32,000 nt of DNA from Nitrosococcus oceani ATCC 19707 (GTDB lineage Bacteria; Pseudomonadota; Gammaproteobacteria; Nitrosococcales; Nitrosococcaceae). Below the pieces are notes generated by a model that made no database searches, was not told the DNA's origin, and worked only from the letters and a program-made list of their open reading frames with translations. Shown piece by piece: positions 16,976-27,100 of this stretch. Both the position numbers and the translations under genes were made by a program. Numbering within the stretch: position 1 is the stretch's first letter; each line of letters starts with the position of its first letter. Location: positions 2,550,001-2,582,000 of the forward strand of contig NC_007484.1 of NCBI RefSeq assembly GCF_000012805.1, written 5' to 3'.

Positions 16976-18040
16976 TTAAGGGGGCTCCTCTGAAAATATA
17001 CCTTGCTTCTTAGCGTATCGAGCCTGAGCCGCTTGGAGAATCCACTCTAATAACTCTCCATAACGGTACCCAGCAAATCCCGCCATCAAGTTTAACTTGC
17101 CATCCCAACACCAGGCAGGGTTAGGGTTCACTTCCAGCAGTTTAACTTCGCCCTGGACATCGGCGCGAAAATCGAACCGGGCATAATCCCGGCAGCCCAA
17201 CCGCTCGAACAGCAGCCTGCAATAACCTACCAAGCGCTGGCGCAGGCCCTCATCCATAGCGGCTTTAGCGTATTGGATATCCGTCCAATAAGGCGAGGCA
17301 GAATCGACCTTGGAGGCATAGGCCAGGATGGGGGGCAAGCGGTGCGCCGCCAGCCTGCTATAGTCCACTTTCAGAATAGGCAATATCTTAAAGCCAGAAG
17401 ATGGATTACCAAGTAAGCCCACGCTATATTCATCGCCAGGTAAAAACTCTTGGATAAGCAGATCACAGTTGGGAAATTCCATAGCCAGCTTATTGATATA
17501 AGCGTGGGCTTGCGGTTCGTCATACACCAGGGAATTCTCCGTGATTCCCACACTGCCATCTCCTCGGTTAGGTTTAATTAAGGCAGGGAAATTTTTAAGT
17601 ATCGCTCCATTAAGGTCATTGCCGTGGACAAAGGTTTCGGCAGGCACGGGAACACCATGAGTTTTCGCCACCGATCGCACCAGGGATTTGTCATAACATA
17701 GTCCGAGACAAGCGGGCCTCGCGCCACTATAGGGGATTCCCAGCATCTCCAGAAACGCCGGGACATGGAGTTCTTGACGGGCGCGGTTTTTATAGCCCGT
17801 ATCACAAAAATTGAGAACAAAATCCGGGGGATCTGCGATAAGCTGGGGCAGCAACGCCGAATGGTTATCTAAGTAAGTGAACTGGTAATCACGCAGCTCT
17901 CCCAGGGCCTCCTTAGCCCTGTCGATAGCCTCTAAGTCCTCGGTACTAAAGCGATCATCAATTTTAGATTTATCTGGTAGGCGCGGATCACCTAAAATTA
18001 TCGTGATACAAGGGAAAAGCGGCTTCCTATTTATAGGCAT
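16976..18040 (-). CDS. D-alanine--D-alanine ligase-family ATP-grasp enzyme (substrates unknown)
   Basis: The 354-aa ORF shows the Ddl-like pattern GIPYSGARPACLGLCYDKSLVRSV, then ALIKPNRGDGSVGI, LIQEFLPGDEYSVGLLG and DYARFDFRADVQGEVKLLEVNPNP. It is convergent with the CocE/NonD gene. Confidence 0.8.
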   Translation of the reverse strand: MPINRKPLFPCITIILGDPRLPDKSKIDDRFSTEDLEAIDRAKEALGELRDYQFTYLDNHSALLPQLIADPPDFVLNFCDTGYKNRARQELHVPAFLEMLGIPYSGARPACLGLCYDKSLVRSVAKTHGVPVPAETFVHGNDLNGAILKNFPALIKPNRGDGSVGITENSLVYDEPQAHAYINKLAMEFPNCDLLIQEFLPGDEYSVGLLGNPSSGFKILPILKVDYSRLAAHRLPPILAYASKVDSASPYWTDIQYAKAAMDEGLRQRLVGYCRLLFERLGCRDYARFDFRADVQGEVKLLEVNPNPAWCWDGKLNLMAGFAGYRYGELLEWILQAAQARYAKKQGIFSEEPP

Positions 18041-18095
18041 GTCAGTTTCTTAAAATTTGATTAAGTTAATTATTCTCACGCAAAATTGGTTAATC

Positions 18096-18740
18096 ATGGT
18101 TAGGCACGTTCGGGTAATATGGAATACTGCCTTCATAGGTGCAATATGCGGTAGCCTATTATGGCTTAGGCGGGAAGATATTCCCGCCCACCTCGATGCC
18201 CTCGTTCTCGGTATTTTGGTGGGGACCCTTTACGGCGGGCTTTATTGGCGATATTTATTCCATCGCATTACCCGTAAAGAGCGGCGCTTTGAACGGAACC
18301 GAATTTTGGTACATTATTTATCTCTATTTGAGCTGCTATTAACGGCTGCAACTTGGAGTCTCTATCTTTTAATCGCTCTAACTCTTTTGATATTGGCGGC
18401 TGTTCTCCTAGATATTTTCTCCGGCTATTGGTGGAGTATTCTAATCAGCAGTTTTGGCATGGCGGCAGCTCTGAGCTTGGGAGGCAGTATTGTTCGCTAC
18501 GAACGGCTTTATGGGGCGCTCTATTACCAATACGACAGCCGCTCTTGGCTCGGAGGAGAAGGGCTGCTTTATCAAGAGGGAAGAGCAATCCAACCACTCA
18601 CTCCCAAAGGCAAGATTATAATCAATGGAGAGTTATGGCACGCCGTCTCTCTGAATGGCGACAATATCGAAGCGGGAAAGAAGGTAGAGGTGATTTCCCG
18701 CGAGGGTCTGACGCTTTATGTGGACAGCCTTCCCCAATAG
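18096..18740 (+). CDS. NfeD-family membrane protein (C-terminal OB-fold domain)
   Basis: Several TM segments are followed by the typical NfeD C-terminus GKIIINGELWHAVSLNGDNIEAGKKVEVISREGLTLYV. The start is uncertain: ATG at 18096 is preferred over TTG at 18057. No adjacent SPFH/stomatin partner gene is present. Confidence 0.7.
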   Translation: MVRHVRVIWNTAFIGAICGSLLWLRREDIPAHLDALVLGILVGTLYGGLYWRYLFHRITRKERRFERNRILVHYLSLFELLLTAATWSLYLLIALTLLILAAVLLDIFSGYWWSILISSFGMAAALSLGGSIVRYERLYGALYYQYDSRSWLGGEGLLYQEGRAIQPLTPKGKIIINGELWHAVSLNGDNIEAGKKVEVISREGLTLYVDSLPQ

Positions 18741-18883
18741 GTTTAATAATCCCCTATCGCTTTGTTCGCTTAAGTCAAGATAATAAAAAAATTTAGGCTC
18801 TAAAACACTAGAATTTATGCAAAAGCGACTTTCGTGATCGCAAGGCTCATTGAAGAAGAAGCTTACCCAGGGAAATTAAACCG

Positions 18884-19768
18884 ATGCCGCGCTCCATTAA
18901 CACCGACACATTCACCTTCACGGGAAAAAAAGCCGTCAAGCTGAACGAACACGAGACCAAGATCAAAAATATCTACCAAAACAAGGCGGACTACCGTAAG
19001 CTGATAAAGGCGTCTCAGAAAAAGATCAACGACCTGCAGCGGATGATGTACGCCCATGACCGCTACAGCATGCTGCTAGTCTTTCAGGCAATGGATGCGG
19101 CTGGCAAGGATGGAACGATTCGGGCGATTATGTCGGGTGTGAACGCCCACGGGATTACCGTCCACGCCTTTAAGGAACCAAGCGCTGAAGAATTAGACCA
19201 CGACTTTCTCTGGCGGACAACTGTGCGATTGCCCCAGCGCGGCCGAATCGGCATTTTCAATCGCTCCTATTATGAAGAAGTTCTAGTCGTCAAAGTCCAT
19301 CCAGAGATAGTGCAGTCGATGCAAAGGTTGCCTGCCAACCGGACAGACAACCTGGAAGAGCTTTGGCGACAGCGCTATACATCCATTCGTGATTTTGAAA
19401 AACATCTCTGGCATAACGGCACGCGGGTGTTGAAGTTTTTTCTACACCTGGGACGGGACGAACAAAGGCAACGGTTTCTGGATCGAATCGATGAACCCGA
19501 CAAAAACTGGAAGTTCTCCGAAGGCGACGTCAAGGAACGCAAATTCTGGGACGATTATCAGCAGGCTTATCAGGACGCCATCAACGCCACGGCCACAAAA
19601 AATGCTCCCTGGTTTGTGGTTCCCGCGGATGACAAGAAAAATATGCGGCTCATCGTCGCCCAGATCATCCTAGAGCAGCTTAAATCACTAGATATGGAGT
19701 ACCCTGAAGTCACGCCGGAACGCCGCGACGAATTGCAACAATTTCGGAAGAAACTGTTGCAGGCCTGA
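18884..19768 (+). CDS. ppk2: Polyphosphate kinase 2 family protein (polyphosphate:nucleotide phosphotransferase, single-domain)
   Basis: 294-aa ORF with a PPK2 Walker-A-like segment LLVFQAMDAAGKDGTIR, then FLWR..LPQRGRIGIFNRSYYEEVLVVKVH, and a lid/C-terminal APWFVVPADDKKNMRL. Confidence 0.88.
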   Translation: MPRSINTDTFTFTGKKAVKLNEHETKIKNIYQNKADYRKLIKASQKKINDLQRMMYAHDRYSMLLVFQAMDAAGKDGTIRAIMSGVNAHGITVHAFKEPSAEELDHDFLWRTTVRLPQRGRIGIFNRSYYEEVLVVKVHPEIVQSMQRLPANRTDNLEELWRQRYTSIRDFEKHLWHNGTRVLKFFLHLGRDEQRQRFLDRIDEPDKNWKFSEGDVKERKFWDDYQQAYQDAINATATKNAPWFVVPADDKKNMRLIVAQIILEQLKSLDMEYPEVTPERRDELQQFRKKLLQA

Positions 19769-19907
19769 ACGTATCCATGGCGATTTAAAAAAACTTGTTT
19801 TGTGTGATTGGTATCAATCCAATCACCGGCAAGCTGAAAATAGAAACATGATAACCCCCCCGTTTAACAGACCCGAGATGCTTAGCACTCTTTAAATTAC
19901 GCGGGGC

Positions 19908-19946
19908 TGGTTAGCAGCCTAACCATTTGTTTAGTTTATATCTTTT
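19908..19946 (+). terminator. Candidate intrinsic terminator (or leader attenuator) between ppk2 and the EF-G paralog
   Basis: TGGTTAG-CAGC-CTAACCA forms a 7-bp stem (19908-19925), followed by TTTGTTTAGTTTATATCTTTT. It lies 140 nt after the ppk2 stop and about 45 nt before the next start. Confidence 0.4.
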
Positions 19947-19991
19947 GATCTAGATTCTTCCTGTTGAGATTCATCGGCTATACTTTAAATT

Positions 19992-22034
19992 ATGGCTGAC
20001 TATAGAACAGAAGATATTCGCAACATCGCCTTGGTTGGGCATACTGCCTGCGGGAAAACTACTCTAGTCGAAGCCTTACTGTACCAAGCAGGGATACGCG
20101 GCATGCCAGGGAGCGTGGAAAAAGGCGATACGGTCAGCGATTTTGATCCCCAAGAACAACGCCATCAACATTCTTTGAATGCCTCGCTAATAGGGTTGGA
20201 CTATCAGGGCTGCCGCATCAATCTCATTGACACACCGGGTGATCCGGATCTCGTCGGCCGGACTCTGAGCGTTCTCCCGGCGGTGGAAACAGTGGTGATG
20301 GTTATCAATGCCCAGCCGGGTATTGAGACCATGACTCGGCGTCTGATGGAACAGGTGAGCGTCCATCGAATGCCCTGCATTATGGTCGTTAACAAAACCG
20401 ATGCGGCACCTACTCGCTTGCAAACGGTTTTGGCGGAAATTCAAACTCTCTTCGGTGCAGAATGTCTGCCTATCAATCTTCCCGCCAAAGGAGGCGCTAC
20501 AGTCATTGATTGCTTTAACCGGGATTCGGGCGAAACCGATTTTTCTTCGGTTATCGAAGCCCATACGGCGCTTTTGGATCAAGTCGTTGAAGTTGATGAA
20601 GCAATCATGGAACGCTACCTGGCAGGAGGAAACATTACCTCCGAGCAGCTCCATGCCCCCTTTGAGGCCGCTTTGCGGGAAGGCCATCTGATTCCGGTCT
20701 GCTTTGCCTCGGCCCATACAAACGCCGGAATCCAAGAACTGCTTGATATCTTCGTTAATCTTGCCCCTAATCCGTTGGAAGGAACACCCCATGTTTTCGT
20801 AAAAGGTTATGGCGAGATCACCCAGCGCCTGTTGGCATTACCCGAGGCGGATAAACCCATGCTTGCCCATGTGTTTAAAGTGGAATATGACCCCTTTGTC
20901 GGCAAATTGGGAACCCTGCGCGTCCACCGGGGAGTCATCCGCAAAGGCCAGCACCTCCTTATTGATGGCGGTGAGAAAACCTTCAAGGTATCCCACTTAT
21001 TCCGGCTACAGGGAAAAGAGCACCAAGAAATGGCGGAAGCCATTCCAGGAGATATTTGCGCGATGGCAAAAGTGGAAGATTTGCATCTAGACGCCATTTT
21101 GCACAGCTCCCATGAAGAAGACGAGGTGCATGCCGATCCCATGGGTTACCCCACACCCCTCGCGGGGTTGGCCCTCGAGCCCAAAAGCCGCAGCGATCAA
21201 CAAAAAGTATCCGATGTGTTGCACAAACTCGTTGCCGAAGATCCCTGTCTGCGTATCGAACATGACATGACCACCAATGAGACAGTGCTGCGTGGCCTTG
21301 GCGAATACCATCTGCGCGTGGTGCTAGAAAAGATGGATGACCGCTACCATGTCCGAGTGGCGACTCATCCCCCCAGCATCCCCTACCGGGAAACCATCAC
21401 ACAAACTGCACAGGGGCATTACCGGCACAAGAAGCAAACCGGAGGGGCCGGCCAATTTGCTGAAGTGCTCCTTGAGGTGGAACCTTTAGCACGGGGGGTC
21501 GGTTTCCAGTTCATGAGTAAAATTACCGGTGGCGCCATTCCTTCCCAATTCATCCCCGCGGTGGAGAAAGGTATCCGCCAAGTACTAGAATCAGGGGCTA
21601 TTGCAGGCTATCCCTTGCAAGATTTACGGGTTACCGCCATTGACGGCAAACACCATCCCGTCGATTCTAAAGAAATTGCCTTTATCATTGCGGGCAAGAA
21701 AGCATTTCTGAACGCCGCCCTTAAAGCAGCCCCCATCGTACTAGAGCCTTTGACCAACCTGGAGGTGACTATCCCTCATAGTCATGTCGGAGATATCACG
21801 GGAGATCTTGCCGCCCGCCGTGGCCGCATCAATCAGAGCGATACCCACGGCAATGGCCAAGTCACCATCAAGGCTCAAGTCCCCCTGGTTGAGCTCAGGG
21901 ATTATGCCGCGCGCCTTAAATCTCTTACCAGCGGGGCGGGCGCCTATTCCATGGAGTTCAGCCATTATGAACCGACTCTCGCCAGCACCCAAAAAGGACT
22001 GGTCAAGCACTATGGCGCTAATGCGAAACACTAA
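19992..22034 (+). CDS. Elongation factor G paralog (translational GTPase family) with non-canonical P-loop context and switch II
   Basis: The 680-aa ORF is EF-G-like over its full length, covering G1 GHTACGKTT, G3 DTPGD, G4 NKTD and domains II-V (e.g. YRETI, KKQTGGAGQFAEV, SKEIAF). The usual DTPGH is DTPGD here. Confidence 0.85.
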   Translation: MADYRTEDIRNIALVGHTACGKTTLVEALLYQAGIRGMPGSVEKGDTVSDFDPQEQRHQHSLNASLIGLDYQGCRINLIDTPGDPDLVGRTLSVLPAVETVVMVINAQPGIETMTRRLMEQVSVHRMPCIMVVNKTDAAPTRLQTVLAEIQTLFGAECLPINLPAKGGATVIDCFNRDSGETDFSSVIEAHTALLDQVVEVDEAIMERYLAGGNITSEQLHAPFEAALREGHLIPVCFASAHTNAGIQELLDIFVNLAPNPLEGTPHVFVKGYGEITQRLLALPEADKPMLAHVFKVEYDPFVGKLGTLRVHRGVIRKGQHLLIDGGEKTFKVSHLFRLQGKEHQEMAEAIPGDICAMAKVEDLHLDAILHSSHEEDEVHADPMGYPTPLAGLALEPKSRSDQQKVSDVLHKLVAEDPCLRIEHDMTTNETVLRGLGEYHLRVVLEKMDDRYHVRVATHPPSIPYRETITQTAQGHYRHKKQTGGAGQFAEVLLEVEPLARGVGFQFMSKITGGAIPSQFIPAVEKGIRQVLESGAIAGYPLQDLRVTAIDGKHHPVDSKEIAFIIAGKKAFLNAALKAAPIVLEPLTNLEVTIPHSHVGDITGDLAARRGRINQSDTHGNGQVTIKAQVPLVELRDYAARLKSLTSGAGAYSMEFSHYEPTLASTQKGLVKHYGANAKH

Positions 22035-22073
22035 CCTAAGGCAAAATGTACAATCACTATTTAAGGAGGAGCA

Positions 22074-22415
22074 ATGGAAGATTTATCCACCATGCAATGC
22101 GAAGCCTGTCGTCCAGAAGCACCACGAGTGAGCGAAGATGAAATTAGAGAACTCCATCCCCAAGTTCCTGACTGGGAAATCATTGAAGAAGACGAGGTTC
22201 GCCGTCTGCAGCGAGTTTTTAAATTTGGTAATTTTGCTGAAGCCTTGGACTTTACCAATAAAACCGGTGCCCTCGCGGAAGAGGCTGGACATCATCCCGC
22301 TATTTTAACGGAGTATGGCCAAGTCACCGTGACTTGGTGGTCCCATAAAATAAAAGGACTGCATAAAAATGATTTCATCATGGCGGCTAAAACAGATCAA
22401 TTGCTGAAACACTAA
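22074..22415 (+). CDS. phhB: Pterin-4-alpha-carbinolamine dehydratase
   Basis: The 113-aa ORF has the PCD pattern CEAC..L..EEI..L..W, then FKF.NF.EAL.F, then [39 protein letters not shown] strong SD AAGGAGG lies upstream. Confidence 0.9.
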   Translation: MEDLSTMQCEACRPEAPRVSEDEIRELHPQVPDWEIIEEDEVRRLQRVFKFGNFAEALDFTNKTGALAEEAGHHPAILTEYGQVTVTWWSHKIKGLHKNDFIMAAKTDQLLKH

Positions 22416-23118
22416 ACCACTCCACTGTAGGCAGCAGCCGTTCAAGTAATAACCGATGTAAACGGGGATTGAAGACAAACGCTAAAAAACTATCTGCGGG
22501 GGGGGCTAAATAATATAAGGTCCCCGTTAGCAGATAGAGCAATGCCGTTTTTAGGGGAGTTCGGAAACTCCCTAAACTCAGCGCCGTACCAAAAGAGCGT
22601 TTTATGCGTACCCCCTTCAGATCGACGCTATACAGCTCATCTAAGGTTAAATGAGTCAAAAAACCTAAACATACAAAAGTGCCGCAAAGCCAGGCAGTGA
22701 GCACTCCCACTTCAAATACTCGCACCGCAAGCACCACCGTCCCTAAGGAAAAAAACAACGCCGCAGGAATGGAATGAATAAGCCCCCGGTGAACAGTCAG
22801 TTGGGTAAACAATGAAAATACGGCGTAGCGAATAAATACAAAAGAAGCGCCCCATAATAGAACCAATTCCACAAGAGAATAATGAGCGCCAAAGTATAAA
22901 ACCAAGAAGAAACCGGTTATGATCCCTAGCCCATTAAATGCCCAGCGAATGGGGACGGAACTCTCGGAATCGATGTCGGGCAGGATTCCCCCTATCACAC
23001 CTAAAATAAAAAATCCCGCTAGCGCCTGGGACGGAAAGGTATCCGCCATCATCAGCACGGTAGTCCCTGTACCGCTTACCGCCGCTGCACCTACTATATG
23101 CGTATTAAAGTCTGCCAC
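22387..23118 (-). CDS. Membrane-bound metal-dependent hydrolase, YdjM/DUF457-like
   Basis: 243-aa polytopic ORF beginning [16 protein letters not shown], with [12 protein letters not shown] and LTHLTLDEL histidine/aspartate motifs typical of the YdjM family. Its 3' end overlaps the phhB 3' end by 29 nt (convergent). Confidence 0.65.
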   Translation of the reverse strand: MADFNTHIVGAAAVSGTGTTVLMMADTFPSQALAGFFILGVIGGILPDIDSESSVPIRWAFNGLGIITGFFLVLYFGAHYSLVELVLLWGASFVFIRYAVFSLFTQLTVHRGLIHSIPAALFFSLGTVVLAVRVFEVGVLTAWLCGTFVCLGFLTHLTLDELYSVDLKGVRIKRSFGTALSLGSFRTPLKTALLYLLTGTLYYLAPPADSFLAFVFNPRLHRLLLERLLPTVEWFSVSAIDLF

Positions 23119-23227
23119 CGTTCACGGACTCAGCTAGACAAGCGCAGGCGAGCTAATGCTATAGTTATGTTCTCCCAAATGTAGATTTTATCCAATTGCT
23201 CTCTAGCCATAGCGAGTTATCAATTTA

Positions 23228-24019
23228 ATGAAGAAAGATCCCCTTAACAGTCAGCAACATTCCCCTCAACAGCCCCTTGACTGGGTTGCTCTCCTAGGTA
23301 TCACGATTGCTTCTTTAAGTGCATTAGCAGCAGTCTCGTCAGGATTTGGACATCGTCTCGGGGCGTGGCACTTTACCACCGGCTTTTTAATTCTGCGCTG
23401 GGCTTCTTTCGGTGCATTAGCCGCCATTGTATTATCATTGTGGGGCGCTTTCCGCACTCGACCACAGCGAAAACGGCGAGGCTTCTGGCATGCCCTGCTT
23501 GGTCTGGCACTCAGTTTAGCGCTGGTGTCAATCCCGCTCTATTGGCTGCTTATGGCGCGTTCCGTGCCTCCCATCCACGATATCACTACCGACACCGATA
23601 ATCCGCCTGCCTTTTCAGCGCTCCTGCCCGTGCGTGCCGAGGCTCCTAACCCCTCCTACTACGGTGGCCCCAGCATTGCTGTTCAGCAACAAAAAGCCTA
23701 CCCGGATATTAAACCTCTCCGTTTGCCCCTCAACCCTAAGACCACATTGGATGAAGCATTGACCATCGCCCGCAGCCTAGGATGGAAGGTAATAGCCGTT
23801 GAATCTCGCGAAACGGCGAAGGGCGGCATCCGTCTCGAAGCTACGGATACAACCCTCTGGTTTGGTTTTAGCGACGATGTTGTCGTTCGTATCACGCCCT
23901 TTGACGACGGCTCTAGAGTTGATATCCGTTCCGTATCACGGGTAGGCCGCAGCGATGTCGGCACCAATGCACGCCGGATTCGCGCCTTTTTGGCGGCACT
24001 AAAAGAACGCGCGGCATGA
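23228..24019 (+). CDS. DUF1499-family protein with N-terminal transmembrane segments
   Basis: The 263-aa ORF has four hydrophobic segments followed by a DUF1499-like C-terminal domain (FGFSDDVVVRITPFDDGSRVDIRSVSRVGRSDVGTNARRIRAFL). Confidence 0.7.
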   Translation: MKKDPLNSQQHSPQQPLDWVALLGITIASLSALAAVSSGFGHRLGAWHFTTGFLILRWASFGALAAIVLSLWGAFRTRPQRKRRGFWHALLGLALSLALVSIPLYWLLMARSVPPIHDITTDTDNPPAFSALLPVRAEAPNPSYYGGPSIAVQQQKAYPDIKPLRLPLNPKTTLDEALTIARSLGWKVIAVESRETAKGGIRLEATDTTLWFGFSDDVVVRITPFDDGSRVDIRSVSRVGRSDVGTNARRIRAFLAALKERAA

Positions 24020-24062
24020 ACACCCATCAATAATAAATATCAATCAATGAGATAAAGAGCAC

Positions 24063-24083
24063 AAATCTATGCCACATAGATTT
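24063..24083. terminator. AT-rich hairpin between convergent genes (possible bidirectional terminator)
   Basis: AAATCTATG-CCA-CATAGATTT forms a perfect 9-bp stem. The T/A runs are part of the stem and there is no separate U tract. Confidence 0.3.
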
Positions 24084-24114
24084 CTAAAGGCAAGATGGGA
24101 CTATATTTCGTCCT

Positions 24115-27100
24115 TTATTCTATTGCGCTCAAGATTTGGGGTGGCTCTATACCATATCCTTGCGCGAAATCAACGCCAATTTCTTGAAGTTTCGCCAAAA
24201 TAGCCTTGCTTTCTACAAATTCAGCAATCACTTTCTTGCCCATAAAATGGCCGATTTCATTAATAGATTTGACCACTGCATAGTCGCTGGGACTGGTAGC
24301 AATGTCTTTCACAAATGCTCCATCAATCTTAAGATAATCTACCGGCAGGTTTTTTAGATATGAATAGGAGGACAAGCCACTGCCAAAATCATCTAATGAA
24401 AAATGACAGCCTAAATCCTTCACTGCCTCAATCAACTGGGCGGAATGGGAGAGATTAGCAACGCCAGCGGTTTCCGTAATTTCAAAGCAAACTCGCTGGG
24501 GAGGCACCCCGGTTCTGGCAAATTCACGTTTTATAAATGTCACTAGCCGCCTATCATTCAAGGATTGCCCTGAAAGGTTGATCGCTATCCCTCCAAGCTG
24601 CTCTAGCCTCTCCTTATGATCAGCCATCCACCGAAAAGCAGATTGAATCACCCATTGATCGATAGCCGCCATCCGATGATAGAACTCCGCCGTCTGAATA
24701 AACTCCCCAGCGGCGATCCACCGCCCATCCTGGTCCCGGAGACGTAGCAAGATCTCATAATGGGGTTCCATTTCTAAATGATCCGCAATGGGGGTAATTC
24801 GCTGACACCATAGCTGCAACCGACCATCTTCCAATACTTCATCGATTCTCGCAACCCACTCTATCATGCCATGCCGGCGCCTAAACTCCTCATCATCAAA
24901 CTCGCAAGCTTGAATGCGGTTTCTTCCCGCCTCCTTTGCTTCCATGCAGGCTGCCTCTGCTCGTTGCAACAATACAGCTGCGTCGCATTTTTGCTCGGAT
25001 ACGGAAACCAAGCCAATACTGGCACCCACAGATAAACGCTTGTTATTCCAAACTAGCCTATGATTATCAATGGCAATTCGTTGCTGCTCCGCAATCTCAC
25101 AGCCCTCATCATGGGAACATTGATTTAGCAATACTCCAAATTGATTATCCCCTAAACGGGCCAAAATTCCTCCATCAGGCAAGAATTCCGTTAGCAAGCT
25201 GGCAATTTCTTTTAATAGCGCATCTCCCGCCTCATAACCACAAGTGCTGTTGATAATTTTGAACTGATCTAGATCCAAGTAGAGCAAGACATAGGATTGA
25301 GCTTCATGATCTGCCTTGGCTAGAGCCCGGTTTGCCTGCTGTTCGAATTCCTTGCGGTTAACCAATCCGGTCAGGGGATCGTGGGTCGCCTCATAAGCAA
25401 TATGGCTGTGGAATTTTTGCAGAACCGCGTATTGCGCCCGATCCAAAAGAGGGACATTCGCATCTTCTAGCACCGTGGCTGTTCCCCGGCGGAGCTGCAT
25501 TGCAACTTCATTAAGACTCAAAGTGGCGGCTTTTCTACCTTTAGAGTCCACAAAGACAAAGGTAGTACAATCTTCGGCAACCCACACCAGCTGCAAACGC
25601 CGCAGGTGATTTTGCCCATCAGCAAATTGTACCCAGCAATGGAGAGGTAGCTGTTTAGCTCGATTTACCCACTCTTCCGGATCCTCCTCTCTATTTTTAA
25701 CGCTCGGCATTGGATCGCCCCAACGACTATCGCCGGCACCACCCAGCCCTGCTTCTAGCTGCTTCTCGGCGATCCTCCGCCTCTTTTTTTTTAATTCTTG
25801 TTGTGCTTTATAGCTCTCAACTACCTGAGCAATATTGCTAGAAATAGACTGAGTCCGCTGTTCAAGCAGATGCTTAAGCTCATCTAGAACCCGGTTAAAG
25901 ATAGCAACATCCTGATCAAAATCGCGAGCAATATATTCCACCAAATAATCAATGTTGTCCTCAAGTTGCGCATCGATGTCATCGCGCTCCTCGCTTGGAG
26001 GAATTTCAAGCTGCGCCAATAGATTAAGAAGCTGTCGTGCGGGATGATCTTCCAAATGCAGAAAAGCTTTATCCAGGACCGCGAGCCGCAGTAAGGGGGC
26101 TTCCAACTGCTCGATCCAGCTTTTCGTATTCTCCGACAGAACACTATCTTCTAAGATAGATACCAGCAGGTTACCCGTAATCTCCATAAGCTCGCAGGCT
26201 TCGGCACTGCTGCGATCGTTGTGAACAGTGCCTTCCTGCTCCATGATCTCTGGTAGAAGATGGGCCATCCGCTTAGCAATTCTATCCTCGCTAACACTGG
26301 TCATGCTGGAATTCGCGAATGCCTTATTCGCCTTTAATGAGCTAGCCGCAGCCTTTCCCGAGGGTTCTTCTCCTCCTCTTGGGCGCCGTCCACCTAGTTT
26401 ATATAAACCCAGTAATTCACGAGTCACCCGGTAAGCTTCAGCCGTAGCTATAGTAGAATCAGCTTGTTGCGGGCGATCAAAAGCATGGGTCTCCGGTTTC
26501 AGGACAGAAGAAGGGGATATGGAGGCAGGGGAGACGGGATTGCTTAACGGGGCTTCCTCTTGTTTATCGGGCATTGAAGAAGAAGCGGCTCCATTGGCTT
26601 GAACTGACGACTCCTCGCTAAACGGTAGAGCTTTCTTTAGAGTACTTTGCCTCTGGGGGGCGGCGAATTTCCGTTCTAGGGATGGCAAAATGCCTTCCCC
26701 TCTTAGTAGTTCATTTAAGTTATTGTACAATAAACTTAATTTGTCTTCAGCCGTCTCCTTGAATACCTTGTAGATACGTTGCTTGATATAATGGCTTATC
26801 TCTAGATCCCGTATTGCTTCTTGCAGCGCCCGGCAAATAGCCCTTGGCCCCACAGGGTTATTTTCCTTATCAAGGCTCTCCCCCGCCAGGCGGCTAAAGC
26901 GCTTCTCAAGCTCAAATAATGGATCTGCATAGCGGGCCTCCATTTTCGATACGGCTTCGGCAATCGCTAACCAATCTTCAAATTCGTCCTTGTCTACCAT
27001 GGAAAGCTTCGAAGACTCCGTCTTATCCTCTCGCGGAGGAAGAGGAGCATTACCTGTGGTGCCCAAGGCGCTTAGTCGCGCCAGAATCTTTTTTTGCCAG

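Noticed and set aside
19804-19826. Perfect 8-bp hairpin GTGATTGG-TATCAAT-CCAATCAC, 36 nt after the ppk2 stop
   Set aside because: It has no U tract on the plus strand, and the T-run on the minus strand is displaced with no upstream minus-strand gene. The hairpin at 19908-19925 with a U-rich tail is a better terminator candidate. This one may still be a protein-binding dyad.
23119-23227. LexA (SOS) box upstream of the YdjM-like gene, as in E. coli ydjM
   Set aside because: No CTGT-N8-ACAG dyad is present in the divergent promoter region.
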